A stretch of DNA of 64,000 nt from Squalus acanthias (Eukaryota), in contig CM059432.1 in assembly GCA_030390025.1 (NCBI GenBank), forward strand, positions 153,266,001 to 153,330,000, given 5' to 3'. Within the stretch, counting starts at the first letter, position 1. Each line of letters starts with the position of its first letter. The notes beneath the pieces were generated by a model, which saw only the letters and a program-made list of their open reading frames with translations, made no database searches and was not told the origin of the DNA. The position numbers and the translations under genes were made by a program. Of this stretch, positions 49,667 to 62,869 are shown piece by piece.

Positions 49667-49996
49667 TGTGGAGATGCCGGCGTTGGACTGGGGTGGACAA
49701 AAATGAGAAGTCGCACAACACCAGGTTATAGTCCAACAGATTTATTTAATTTTACAAGCTTTCAGAGCGGTTCGCTCCTTCCTCAGGTAGGGTAGCAGTG
49801 AGAGAATCTCCCAGAATTCACAATATAAACACTTTGATGTAGGGAAAGATTTGAATAGATTTTCTCTGTGTTTATATTGTGAATTCTGGGAGATTCTCTC
49901 ACTGCTACCCTACCTGAGGAAGGAGCGAACCGCTCCGAAAGCTTGTAAAATTAAATAAATCTGTTGGACTATAACCTGGTGTTGTGTGACTTCTCA
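49667..49996 (-). mobile_element. Mini Penelope-type fold-back element, copy 4
   Basis: Tail at left; 130-bp arms 49703-49832/49868-49997 (2 mismatches), 35-bp spacer; 12-bp TSD taattttcatat (49655, 49997). Confidence 0.9.
49911..49947 (+). ncRNA. Minimal type I hammerhead ribozyme (mirror copy on minus strand 49753-49789)
   Basis: tac-CTGAGGA-a-GGAGCG(aac)CGCTCC-GAAA-GCT-T-gta. Confidence 0.75.
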
Positions 49997-50968
49997 TAAT
50001 TTTCATATGACATGGCTCGTTTTGGTGATTTCTGGGTATTGCAATTGTACAAGAGCGGAGTGACAATTCTCACCCCCATGATGCATCTGTCTCTTTCTCA
50101 CAGAAGTTGTTCACAGTGGTTGAAATCTCTACTATCCAGAATCAGGTCAAATGTTGGACTCAAGTCCCAGGCTCCAGATAAAAGGGTGGGCCTATGTGAG
50201 GGAAACTTTGTGTAGGTATTTCTAACATTAAAAAGCCAATTTTATGGGTAAGTTTATTAACTTTTCTAAGTATATAATTTTTTTGTGTGTATGTTGTAAA
50301 CATTGCTAGGCTGAATACAGCGACTTGAGTAAAGAGGAAATAGCAGTGAAGAAATGATTTGAGAAATCTCACTGAAAGAAAGAAGTTGGTTGGTTTTGTG
50401 GTAATTCTGGTTTGTGAACGGCAGAAAAGGGGAAATGATCTGCTGAGTTTTCTGTTCATTACTTAGTCCACATTGGTATTTTTCACAGCATTATGACTCA
50501 TGTACATTTAGTCAGTCAGATATTGATTGGTAACTCAGATAAGTGTTATTTAGGTAAATTACATTTTTTGTGACCTACAAATGTGACACTTTGAGGGGAC
50601 ATGTCGCTGTGGCCATAGTTTCAGAGTTGATGATTTCAAAGGGTGTGAGTCTACGGATGTGTGCTTTAATTATAAGATAGACTGAGTTCGTTGATGAAAT
50701 AACAGAGAGGGTTGATGAAGGTAGTGCAGTAGATGTTGTATATATGGACTTTCAAAAGGCATTTGATAAAGTATCGCATAAAAGACTTATTCGGAAAATA
50801 AAAACACATAGGAGTAAAGTGACGACGGTAACTTGGGTACGAAATTGGCTAAGGAAGAGGAGGCAGATAGTAGTGGTGAATGGAAGTTCTTCTGACTGGA
50901 GGGAATTCTGACCCGGGGTCGGTAGTAGGACCATTGCTTTTCTTGTTCTATATAAATGTCCTGGACTT

Positions 50969-53900
50969 TTTAAAAAATGTATTCGTTCATGGGATGTGGG
51001 CGTTGCTGGCAAGGCCGGCATTTATTACCCATCCCTAATTGCCCTTCAGAAGGTGGTGGTGAGCCGCCTTCTTGAACCGCTGCAGTCCCGCTGGTGAAGG
51101 TACACTCATAATACTGTTAGGGAAGGAGTTTCAGGATTCTGACCCAGTGATGATGAAGGAACGGCGATATATTTCCATGTCAGGATGGTGTGTAACATGG
51201 AGGGGAACTTGCAAGTGGTGGTGTTCCTCTGCGCCTGCTGCCCGTGTCCTTCTAGGTGGTAGAGGTCGCGGGTTTGGGAGGTAAGGCGAAAAAGCCTTGG
51301 CGAGTTGCTGCAGTGCACCTTATAGATGGTACACACTACAGCCACGGTACGCCGGAGGTGGATGGAGTGAATGTTTGAGGTGGTGGATGAGGTGCCAATC
51401 AAGCGGGCTGCTTTGACCTGGATGGTGTTGAGCTTCTTGAGTGTAGTTGGAGCTGTACTCATCCAGGCAGGTGGAGAGTATTCCATTACACTCCTGACTT
51501 GATAAAGAAAAAAGAATGACTTGCATTTATATAGCACCTTTCACGGCCACCGGATGTCTCAAAGCGCTTTACAGCCAATGAAGTACTTTTGAAGTGTAGT
51601 CACTGTTGTAATGTGGGATACGCGGCAGCCAATTTGCGCACAGCAAGCTCCCACAAACAGCAATGTGAAAATTACCAGATAATCTGTTTTTGTTATGTTG
51701 ATTGAGGGATGAATATTGGCCAGGACACCAGGGATAACTCTCCTACCATTCTTCGAAATAGTGCCATGGGATCTTTTATGTCCACCTGAGAGAGCAGACG
51801 GGGCCTCAGTTTAATGTCTCATCCGAAAGACGGCACCTCCGACAGTGCAGCACTCCCTCAGCACTGCACTGGAGTATCAGCCTAGCTTTATGTGCTCGAG
51901 TCCCTGAAGTGGGACTTAGAACCCACAACCTTCTGCCTCAGAGGCGAGTGTGCTACCCTCTGAGCCACGGCTGACACAAAGATGGTGGAAAGGCTTTGGG
52001 GAGTCAGGAGGTGAGACACTCAGCGCAGAATACCTAGCCTCTGACCTGCTCTTGTTGCTACAGTATTTATGTGGCTGCTCCAGTTAAGTTTCTGGTCAAT
52101 GGTTACCCCCAGGATGTTGATGGTGGGGGTTTCAGCGATGGTAATGCCGTTAAATGTCAAGGGGAGGTGGTTAGACTCTCGCATGTCAGAGATAGTCATT
52201 GCCTGGCACTTGTGAGGCACGAATGTTACTTGCCACTTAGCCCAAGCCTGCATGTTGCCAGGTCTTGCTGCATGCGGGCATGGACTGCTTCATTATCTGA
52301 GGAGTTGCCAGTGGAGAGTTTTCCCCCTGATTCTAATTGACTTCAGTTTTACTAGGGCTCCTTGATGCCACACTCGGTCAAATGCTGCCTTGACGTCAAG
52401 GGCAGTCACTCTCACCTCACCTCTGGAATTCAACCCTTTTGTCCATGTTTGGAGCAAGGCTGTAATGAGGTCGGGAGCCGAGTGGTCCTGGTGGAACCCA
52501 AACTGAGCATCGGTGAGCAGGTGCCGCTTGATAGCACTGTCAACGACACCTTCCATCACTTTGCTGATGGTTGAGAGTAGACTGATGGGGCGGTAATTGG
52601 CCGGATTGGATTTGTCCTGCTTTTTGTGGACAGGACATTCTTGGGCAGTTTTCCACATTGTAGGATAGATGCCAGTGTTGTAGCTGTACTGGAACAGCTT
52701 GGCTAGAGGCGCAGCTAGTCGGGATGTTGTCGGGGCCCATAGCCTTTGCTGTATCCAGTGCGCTCAGTCGTTTCTTGATATCACATGGAGTGAATCGAAT
52801 TGGCTGAAGACTGGCTTCTGTGATGGTGGGGACATCAGGAGGAGGCCGATATGGATCATCCACTCAGCACCTCTGGCTGAAGATGGTTGTAAACGCTTCA
52901 GCCTTGTTTTTTTGAACTCGCGTGCTGGGCTCCGCCATCATTGAGGATGGGGATATTCATGGAGCCTCCTCCTCCCATTAGTTGTTTAATGATCCACCAC
53001 CATTCACAACTGGATGTGGCAGGACTTTGATCTGATCCGTTGATTGTGGGCTCGCTTAGTTCTGTCTATAGCATGCTGCTTCCATTGTTTAACATGCATG
53101 TAAATCCTGTGTTGCAGCTTCCCCAGGTTGGCACCTCATTTTTAGGTATGGCTGGTGTTGCTCCTGGCATGCTCTTCTACACTCCTCATTGAACCAGGGT
53201 TGGTCCCCTGGCTTGATGGTAATGGTAGAGTGAGGGTTATGCCGGGCCATGAGGTTACAGATTGTGGTGGAATATAATTCTGCTGCTGCCCCACAGATGC
53301 CCAGTTTTGAGCTGCTAGATCTGTTCTGAATCTAGCACGGTGGTAGTGCCACACAACACGATGGAAGGTGTCCTCAGTATGAAGACGGGACCTCGTCTCC
53401 ACAAGGACTGTGTGGTGGTCACTGCTACCAATGTTGTCATCGACAGATGCATCTGTAACAGGTAGATTGGTGAGGACGAGGTCAAATAGGTTTTTCCCTC
53501 ACCACCTGTCGCAGGCCCAGACTGGCAGCTATGTCCTTCAGGACTCAGCCAGCTCGGTCAGTAGAGGTGCTACTGAGCCACTCTTGGTGATGGACATTGA
53601 AGTCCCCCACACAAAGTACATTCTGTGCCCTTGCTACCCTCAGTGCTTCTTCGAAGTGGTATTCAACATGGAGGAGTACTGATTCATCAGCTGAGGGAGA
53701 GCACGAGGTGGTAATCAGCAGGAGTCTTGACCTGAAGCCATGAGACTTCTTGGGGTCCGGCGTCAATGTTGACGACTCCCATGGCCACTCCCTCCCAACT
53801 GTATAGCCACCTCTGGTGGGTCTGTCTTTCTGGTGGGGCAGGACATACCCAGAGATGGTGATGGAGGAGTTTGGGACATTGGCTGAAAGGTTTGATTCTG

Positions 53901-54432
53901 TGAGTATGACTATGTCAGACTGTTGCTTGAATAGTCTGTGGGACAGCTCTCCCAATTTTGGCACAAGTCCCCAGATGTTGGTGAGGAGGACTTTGCAGGG
54001 TCGATTGGGCTGGGTGTGCTGTTGTCGTGTCCGAAGCCGGTGCCTAGGTCAATGCCGGGTGGTCCATCCGGTTTCTTATTATTGCTTTTTGTAGCAGTTT
54101 GTTACAACTGAGTGGCTTGCTAGGTCATTTCAGAGGGTAGTTAAGAGTCAACCACATTGCTGTGGGTTTGGAGTCACACTTAGGCCAGACCAGGTAAGGA
54201 CGGCAGATTTCCTTCCCTAAAGGACATTTGTGAACCAGATGGTTTTTTACAACAATCTGATAGTTTCATGGTCACCATTACTGATACTAGCTTTTTATTC
54301 CAGATTTTATTTAATTAACTGAATTTAAATTCCCCAGCTGCCGTGTTGGGATTTGAACTCATGTCTCTGGATCATTAGTCCAGGCTGCTGGATTACCAGC
54401 CCAGCGACATTACCACTATGCTGCCGTTCCTG
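50969..54432 (-). mobile_element. LINE family B, 5'-complete copy 2: tRNA-like head + APE-RT
   Basis: A-box-like ggcagcatagtggt (54425-54412), B box gagttcaaatccc (54360-54348); APE start KVLLTNIWGLVPKLGEL..VILTES at ~53995; internal deletions. Confidence 0.9.
51503..51978 (-). mobile_element. Full-length DeuSINE nested in LINE family B
   Basis: A box tggctcagagg, B box gggttctaagtccc, Deu domain, tail. Confidence 0.9.
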
Positions 54433-54708
54433 CATAGTATTGGGTATAGGGAGTACAATTTCAAAGTTTGTGGATGATACAAAACTATTTTGAGGGGGGT
54501 GCAAGAGCAGAGGGACCTGGGGGTGCAGATTCACAAATCCTTGAAGGTGGCAGGGCAAGTTGATAAGGCGGTTAAGAAAACGTATGGAATAATTGGCTTT
54601 GTAAATAGGGGCATTGAATACAAAAGCAAGGAAGTCATGCTAAACCTTTACAAATCACTGGTTCGGCCTCAGCTGGAGTATTGTGTACAATTCAGTAATG
54701 TCTTGGTA

Positions 54709-54980
54709 TGTCAGCCTAGATTTTGTGCTCAAGTCTCTGGAGTGACTCTTAAACCCACTGACTCAGAGGTGTGAGTGATACCCACTGAGCCACAGCTGAC
54801 ACCTAAATTATGTTCCTAAATTAAAAGAGACAGGAAATGTTCCAGCAGCAACAACTTAATCAGATTTACAGAGGACCCTATAACGCATATTTAGGCATTT
54901 AACTTGTCTGTATATCAGTTTTGCCTCAGCCTTGCCTCAGTGGTAACACTCTCACCTCTGAGTCAGTAAGTTGTGGGAAC
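54709..54980. mobile_element. Two divergent DeuSINE head stubs (54709-54802 minus; 54925-54980 plus)
   Basis: gtcagctgtggctcagtgg and ctcagccttgcctcagtggtaacactctcacctctgagtcag heads. Confidence 0.6.
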
Positions 54981-55162
54981 CCACAAAAAGTTTGTGGGTT
55001 CTAAGAACCAATGAGAGGGCAGGCTCTGCTGGATTTAGTAATGAGTAATGAGCCAGACTTAGTTAATAATGTAACAGTAAGGGAACATTTATCTAACAGT
55101 GATCATAATATGATCAAATTCAATGTTAGGTTTGAAAAAGAGAAATGTAACACAGTTACTAA

Positions 55163-55540
55163 GGGGCCGATTTTGTTAATGGGGGCGCGTTGGAGGCGGG
55201 ACTGCTGCTTGGCGGGTCGATGTCCCGCCTCCATCGGCTTGTGGCCAACCCACACTATTTTCCCTTGATTGACCTTGTTAAGCCCGTCCAGCAGGCTTAG
55301 CAGGCCAATTAAGGGAAAGCCAGTTGCAGAGAACGTCAACGTATGACGTTTCATCTGTCAAAAATTGACGGGACCTGGCGCGGGACAGCTACCCGCCTCC
55401 TGGGAAGATGGCATGGAGGCGGGTTGGGGGCGGGTTGGAGGCAGGTTGGGGATGGGTTGGGTACCCGCCCCCAGATTCTACCATTTTCCCGGCAGTCCCG
55501 CCTCCATACCCGCCTCCCCAGGGCTGGCAAAATCGCCCCC
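55163..55540. mobile_element. 378-bp Harbinger (Tourist-like) MITE
   Basis: 13-bp TIR GGGGCCGATTTTG / CAAAATCGCCCCC, TSD TAA; removal restores CR1 frame NTVTK|IVDFG. Confidence 0.9.
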
Positions 55541-56632
55541 TAAGATTGTAGATTTTGGTACGGTTAACTTTAACGGGATGAGACAGAGACTGACGACAGC
55601 AAACTGGTCAAAACTGGTATCGGGTAAAACTACAGATAAACAGTGGGAGGTGTTCAAAAAATAATTTAGCTTAATACAGGACCAGTATATACCCCTAGAG
55701 GGCAAGAGTTCAACTTATCAAATAAAACAGCCATGGCCGACAAAAGAAGTGGGAGATAACAAAACTAAAGGAAAGAGCATACAAAGGTGCAAAGAATAGA
55801 GTAGATCCAGGGGATTGGGAGAGATATAAAGAACCTCAAAGGAAGACAAAAAAGATAGTAAGAGCTGCAAAAAGGAAATACGAAAAGAAACTCACAAAGG
55901 ATATCAAGACTCACAGTAGAGGAAGAGGATAATATACCTTACATATCAGGAAAACTAATAATGAATCAAGGACTGGAACTCACTAAAGTTAACATAAACA
56001 AGAAAACGGTATTAGAAAAAATAATAGCACTATAGGCGGACAAATCCCCAGGACCTGATGGTTTCCACCCCAGGGTTTTAAAGGAAGTAGGTGAGGAAAT
56101 TGCAGAGGCTTTAGTCAACGTCTTCCAAAGCTCTCTCGATTCAGGAATTGTCCCATTAGATTGTAAAATTGCAAATGTAACTCCATTATTTAAGAAAGGT
56201 GAGAGAAACGAGGAAATTATAGACCTGTTAGTCTAACATCTATTGTGGGGAAGTTATTGGAATCTATAATTAAGGACAGAGTGACTGAGCACTTGGAGAA
56301 ATTTGAGCTGATTAGAGAGAACCAACATGGATTTGTAACGAGTAGGTCATGTCTAATGAACCTAATTGAATTTTTTGAGGAAGTAACTAAAGTAGTAGAC
56401 AGGGGAATGCCTATGGATGTAGTTTATATGGACTTCCAGAAGGCATTCGATAAGGTTCCACATAAGAGACTGTTAGCTAAAATTAATGCACATGGAATTG
56501 AAGACAAATTATTGACCTGATTAGGAGATTTGTTTAGGCAGTAGAAGACAGAGAGTAGGGATAATGGGTATGTACTTGAACTTGAATGAAGTGACTACTG
56601 GTGTCCCACAAGGATCTTGCTGGGGTCTCAAC

Positions 56633-56775
56633 CAATGTTTCCTTTAAGCTGCGCGGCTGCGCGGCCGGCTCACCAGCTTTTAAATAGGAAAAACCACGCA
56701 TGCGCGGTATTTTGAATGGGCCACGCACCCCTTTAAAGGGGCCACACACCCAAAAAAAAATTAAAGGGAACATTG
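56633..56775. mobile_element. 143-bp hAT MITE
   Basis: 15-bp TIR CAATGTTTCCTTTAA / TTAAAGGGAACATTG; perfect 8-bp TSD gtctcaac. Confidence 0.9.
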
Positions 56776-57337
56776 GTCTCAACTATTCATTATATTTATT
56801 AATGATGTAGATAACAAAATAGAGAGACATATATCCAAGTTTACCGATGACACAAAAATTGATGGCACAGCAAATAGTGTAGACGGGAGCATAAAATTAC
56901 AAAGCGACATTGTTAGATTAAGTGAGTGGGCAAAACTGTGCAAATGGATATCAACGCAGGTAAGTGTGAGGTCATCCATTTTCAACCAAAAAAGGATAGA
57001 TCCGAGTACTTTTTTAAATTGTGAAAAGCTAGCAACAGTGGAGGTCCAAAGAGAATTAGGGGGTCTATGTGCACAGATCAATAAAATGTAATGGTTGCAC
57101 AAAAAATAATCAAATTGGCTAATGGAATGTTAGCCTTTATATTTAGAGTGCCAGAATATAAAGGGGTCGAAGTTTTGCTAAAGCTATACAAAACCCTGGT
57201 TAGGCCACACCTGGAGCACTGTGTACAGCTCTGGGCACCGCACCTTAGGAAGGATATATTGGCCTTGGAAGGAGTGCAGCGTAGGTTTACCAGACTGTTA
57301 CCAGGGCTCCAGTGGTTAAATTATGAGGAGAGTTTGT

Positions 57338-58053
57338 GGGGGAGAAATTCATTATAGCTCTGTTAGGGGCGCTAACTTTTAAAAGTTGATAAAATTAGCG
57401 CCAGGCGCTAATGTTTCTAAACTTAAAAAAAAATTTTTTTTGCGCTCCAGGAAGGAAGTGGAACGCTAAATCAAGCGCTCCATTTCCTTCTTGGAACGCA
57501 ATCGGCAGCCGGCGGGGCGGAGACTTCAGCAGTGCTGCACGGCCAGCGCTGCCGCGTTCAAAGGCTCCTTCCCTCCCTTAAAGGGAAGGGCCATCGCTGC
57601 AGGCTCTGCAATAGAAAAAGTACCTACCTGGACCACCAAGGCAGCCGCGATCCCACGCGATCAGCTCTGCTCTCAAGCAGAGTGCCGGGCTAATCGATCG
57701 CAGGCAGGAACCCGCAAAAAAAACTGGAACAAGGTAAGGTATTTTTTTACTTAGCTCAGCCACCTCGCCTTTAATCATCGCCCCCGAAGCGGCCAGCTGC
57801 CCGATGCACGCCTCCTGCCAGAGTCGGTGTTTTCAACCGGCGCTGCTTCAGGGGGCGGAAGTCAATTTCGGGTCTGGGCGCTACCGGGGCGATGCGCACA
57901 GCGATGACAGCACGATCTCCAGGCAAAGGAGATTGGGGCCCAACGCCGTAGTGCCGCCACAAAACTCCCGCTGAATATGGCGGGAGTCGATGTCAGGGCC
58001 GCGCCCGGTCACAAAGCCATTTGCGCCCCATTAGCGCACCCAATTTCGCCCCC
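57338..58053. mobile_element. 716-bp Harbinger-type MITE, distant relative of the 895-bp family
   Basis: GGGGGAGAAATT / AATTTCGCCCCC termini; shared gcgctaaatca and ttgcgccccattagcgc subterminal motifs; TSD not preserved. Confidence 0.8.
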
Positions 58054-58458
58054 TACATCTATTCCCTGGAATATAGAAGGTTAAGGGATGATTTGATTGA
58101 GGTTTTTAGGATTTTGAAAGGAATTGATAGGGTAGATAGAGAGAAACTTTTTCCGCTGCTGTGAGTCTAGGACAAGGGAACATAACCTTAAAATCAGAGC
58201 CAGGCCATTCAGGAGAGAACACTTCTTCACACAAAGGGTCGTGGAAGTGTAAAACTCTCTCCCACAAAAAGCAGTAGATGCTAGCTCAATTAATAATTTG
58301 TAACCTGAGATCGATAGATTTTTGCTAGCTAAGGGTATTAATGGATATGGAACCAAGGTGGGTGAATGGAGTTAAGATGCAGATCAGCCATGATCTTATT
58401 GAATGGCGGAACAGGCTCGAGGGGCTGAATGACCTACTCCTGTTCCTACGTTCCTAAA

Positions 58459-59270
58459 CCCCACTCCAGACTCGAGGACATAATCTAGGCTGACACTTCA
58501 GTGCAGTACTGAGGGAGTGCTGCACTGTCGGAGTTGCCACCTTGTGCATGAGATGTTAAACTAAGGATCCATCTACCCTCTCAGTATGTAAAAGATCCCA
58601 TAGAAACAGGAGTAGGCCATTCGGCCTGTCGAGCCTACTCCACCATTCAATACGATCATGGCTGATCATCCAAATCCAGTACCCTGTCCCTGCGTTCTCA
58701 CACAGAATCCCCACATCGAGCCTGCACCTATCCCACCCTATCCCCGTAACCCCACGTATTTAATTCCCCCTAACATATCCCATCCTATCCCCACATATTT
58801 AATCCCCCCCTAACACTAAGGGTCAATTTATCATAGCCAAATCAACCTAACCCACACATTTTTGGACTGTGGGAGGAAACCGGAGCACACAGAGGAAACC
58901 CATGCAGACACGGGGAGAATGTGCAAACTCCACACAGACAGTCACCCGAGGTCAGATTCGAACCCGGGTCCCTGGCGCTGTGAGGCACCAGTGCTAACCA
59001 CTATGCCACCGTGTTGTCCCACAGCATTATTTGAAGAAGAGCAGGGGATATCTCCTAGAGTCCTGGCCAACATTTATCCCTCAACCTACAGGTTATCTGG
59101 TCATTTATCTCATTGCTCTTTATGGGATCTTGCTGTGTGCAAATTGGCTGTTGTGTTTCCTACATTACAACAGTGACGACATTTCAAGAGTACTTCATTG
59201 ATTGTGAAGCACTTTAGGATTATGTGAAGATGTTAAGTGCGCTCCACAAGTGGAAATTATTTTGTTCTTT
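58459..59270 (+). mobile_element. DeuSINE split by a V-SINE
   Basis: Body to aaagatccca (58600) resumes at ~59018. Confidence 0.8.
58599..59019 (-). mobile_element. HE1-like V-SINE with CR1 tail
   Basis: Reverse complement of the 62020 element. Confidence 0.85.
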
Positions 59271-61367
59271 AAGGTGATAGTTTGGTTGATGTCAGCTTCA
59301 TTTAACGCAACTGCAAAAAAAAAGCACTTATTTCATCCTTGTCGTTGAGATCAACAGAAAACACATTGGAGGAGGGGATTTTTTTCTTTTTCAGCTGGAA
59401 TGAATTTTGACCTGGAAGTTTAACTTGGACTATAATTGTCAGACCGCTGAATGCCCTGAGTTCAACAGATTTTCACTGGGAAGCCACTCAGAATATGACA
59501 GTGTCGTCTCATTCACAAATGTGAGGGGACCACATTTCCTTTGGTCGCTGTGTGTTAGCGACATTGTAAACACAGTGGAAAATTTTCTACCTTCACTATT
59601 TATAAAACCGTAAGCGCGTTCGAATAGAACAGATTTATAATATCTTCCCATTATAAATATAAATGCAAGTTGTTGTTGTTGTTCTCATAGTGACCAGAGG
59701 AAATTCCCCTGATAGTTTGGTGGATAAATGAAAAAAAAGGTAACTGAAGATTGTTTTCGAAAGCTTCCACTGAATCAATATGGAAAAATAATGGGGCATA
59801 TTTTCAATCTGCTGCCCAGGTGTAAAACTGGCGATGTGGATATATAAATACCCTGCTTTTCATTTCTAAATGTTAAACAAGTGGTAAACATTTTTGGTTT
59901 CATTGTACACCCAATATAAACACTGTGAAGTAGATTTTGCGAGGTTCTTGATGATTGGCGAATCGGGTGTAGAGGTCTGTGCATTCCGACTCTTGGCACT
60001 CCCACTTTTCTAGTAATTAAAATTAATCACTGGAAAAATTGGGAATATTCACAAATCATGCTCACTGACCTCTGCACCCGATTCTCCACTCCATGCTCCC
60101 GTCTATGCCCGAGAGTGAGGCCCAGCAAAATTTACCCTTGCATAAACAGAAGGAGAGAAAGTCTGATTGTTTCAATGGTATTTAGACATTATTGTAGGAG
60201 AGTTAGGTGTCTTTTGGCAGGTCTTTCAATGGCATTCTGCTTTCCTTGATTAAAAAGTACAAACCTACATACCATGCACGGTCAAGCACGCATCATCCAG
60301 CTACTCAAAGCATCTTCCAGCATGTCACTTGGATTAGTATAAAAGTGCTGTCGTAGTGGCCCTTTCAATACAGCATGTAGATATTAGGTTCAAAATTTCA
60401 AAACTATAGATAATTAATAGTAGTTAGTGACCCCTTTGGGCAGGAGGTGGTACTACAGTACTTAATGATTAATAAAATCTGAAAAAAGACTGCTTTACCA
60501 CTCTCCCTCTCTCGAGGCTCAGGTTAGTTTTGCTCAGGTTTAATCTTAAACCTGACTATGCCCACAGCGAGGCAAGGTTAGTTTTAACATTTCAGATGGG
60601 TTAAAATTCTGAAGGATAAAACTCTCCCTTTACTGACAATACATGGATCTATATCCTCAAGTGTTACTGCACTAGTGAGTTATTTCAAACTGACCAACAA
60701 ATTGAGAATAATGAATGTATAGGATGATTACAAGGCAACAATCAATTCCAATACATTTTGATGCTGTCATAAGCCACAATAGAGGAGCTTGAAAGATTTA
60801 TAAACGTCTTTTGAACCTTGAGATGAGATGACAGCCTTGAAATCAACCCTGGTATTTGTTGTTTTAATAATATGTGTGGTTTTAATTTTAGATACATTTT
60901 GATGCTAGTGACGCCTTTTCTCAGTGAAGTTGCTGACTATCTGGACGTCCATAATGATGTTCATACTACAGGATTATCATTACTTTAGGTTTACTCAGCA
61001 ACAGCTTGCAATTGATTACAATACCAGGAAATTATACACCCAGCGTACAGAATTAAACAATCATTCTTCTTCAGTTTAATTTTTTTTTTAAAGTGAGGAC
61101 ATTTGTCTTTCGAATCAACGAATTACCCAGCTGTCGTTGTTTGCATTCTAAAATTAAAATACAGTATTCAGTGGAAAGCAAAGCACCACTTTAAAAATAT
61201 GCAAGGCAGCATTGGGGACTTAATGAGAGAGAAAGACATAGAAAGGGAGACCCACAATGAGGCAACAGACAGAGAGACCAACTGAGGTGAAGGCTAAGAG
61301 CAAATGAGATACAGAGAATGAGAGGAACGCAGAGTGAGAGACACAGAATGACACAGAGAGCATGAGA

Positions 61368-62595
61368 CTTTTTTTTTATTCGTTCATGGGATCTGGGCGT
61401 CGCTGGCAATGCCAGCATTTACTGCCCATCCCTAATTGCCCTTGAGAAGGTGGTGGTGAGCCGCCTTCTTGAACCGCTGCAGTCCGTGTGGTGAAGGTAC
61501 TCCCACAGTGCTGTTAGGGAGGGAGTGCCAGGATTTTGACCCAGCGACAATGAAGGAACGGCGATATACTTCCAAGTCAGGATGGTGTGTGACTTGGAGG
61601 GGAACTTGGAGGTGGTGGTGTTCCCATGCTCCTGCTGTCCTTGTCCTTCTAGGTGGTAGAGGTCGCGTGTTTGGGAGGTGCTGCCGAAGGAGTCTTGGCG
61701 AGTTGCTGCAGTGCATCTTGTAGATGGTACATACTGCAGCCACGGTACGCCGGTGGTGGAGGGAGTGAATGTTTAAGGTGGTGGATGGGGTGCCAATCAA
61801 GCGGGCTGCTTTGTCCTGGATGGTATCGAGCTTCTTGTCGTTAGAGCTGCACTCATCCAGGCAAATGGAGAGTATTTCATCACACTCCTTACTTGTGCCT
61901 TGTAGATGGTGGAAAGGGTTAGGGTTAGGGTTGGGGAGTCAAGAGGTGAGACACTTGCCGCAGAATACCTAGCCTCTGACCTGGTTGCTGATTTCCCCCC
62001 TCAGAAAAGAAAAAAAAATGGGCAACACGGTGGCATAGTGGTTAGCACTGGTGCCTCACAGCGCCAGAGACCCGGGTTCGAATCTGACCTCGGGTGACTG
62101 TCTGTGTGGAGTTTGCACATTCTCCCCGTGTCTGCGTGGGTTTTCTCCGGGTGCTCCGGTTTCCTCCCACTGTCCAAAAATGTGCGGGTTAGGTTGATTT
62201 GGCTATGATAAATTGACCCTTAGTGTTAGGGGGGGATTAAATATGTGGGGTTATGGGGATAGGATGGGATATGTTAGGGGGAATTAAATACGTGGGGTTA
62301 CGGGGGTCGGGTGGGATATGTGTCCTGTGGGGATTAAAGCAGGGACAGGGTACTGGATTTGAATGATCAGCCATGATCGTATTGAATGGTGGTGCAGGCT
62401 CGACGGGCCGAATGGCCTACTCCTGCTCCTAGATTCTATGTTTCTATGACCTGCTCTTGTTGCCACAGTATTTATGTGGCTGGTCCAGTGAAGTTTCTGG
62501 TCAATGGTGACCCCCAGGATGTTGATGGTGGGGGATTCGGCGATGGTAATGCCGTTGAATGTCAATGGGCGGTGGTTAGACGCTCGCTTGTTGAT
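61368..62595 (-). mobile_element. LINE family B 3' fragment split by a V-SINE
   Basis: Same ORF end/3'UTR/poly(A); resumes at 62447; TSD tgacctg. Confidence 0.9.
62020..62446 (+). mobile_element. HE1-like V-SINE with CR1 tail
   Basis: A box tggcatagtgg, B box ggttcgaatc, V domain gtgtggagtttgcacattctccccgtgtctgcgtggg, CR1 3'UTR gatcagccatgatc..ttctatg. Confidence 0.9.
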
Positions 62596-62869
62596 GATGG
62601 GGACAAAGCAAGAGAGAAAAATAAACAGATTAAGAGACAGAGAGAGATGGACAGAATGAGAAAGATGACGACAAAAAGAGATTGAGGTACATAAGGGGTA
62701 ATTTTCTGAGCACTGGAACCTCGACTGTGAGTTAGCAATATATGCTGGTGAGGACAAGAATCCCCACCATAGGGGCACACTCAGAAAATGACCCCATACA
62801 ATAAGAGATAGATAAAGAAAAAAAGAAACAGACATAATGAGACAGAGAAAGAATCACAGAGGGCACTCA

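Larger units (their letters stand above)
50680..54695 (+). mobile_element. Degenerate CR1 RT fragment split by LINE family B (halves 50680-50968 and 54440-54695)
   Basis: ..YINVLD resumes as LGIGSTISKFVDDTKL after the insertion. Confidence 0.8.
55000..58436 (+). mobile_element. CR1 ORF2 (APE end to 3' tail), decayed, carrying three MITEs
   Basis: LLDLVMSN..SDHN, KSPGPDG, YMDFQKAFDKVPH, FTDDTK, LVRPHLEHC, 3'UTR. Confidence 0.9.

Noticed and set aside
54348..54430. Genuine tRNA genes (also 18692, 62020)
   Set aside because: A/B boxes are present but there is no convincing cloverleaf or terminator; they continue into repeat bodies.
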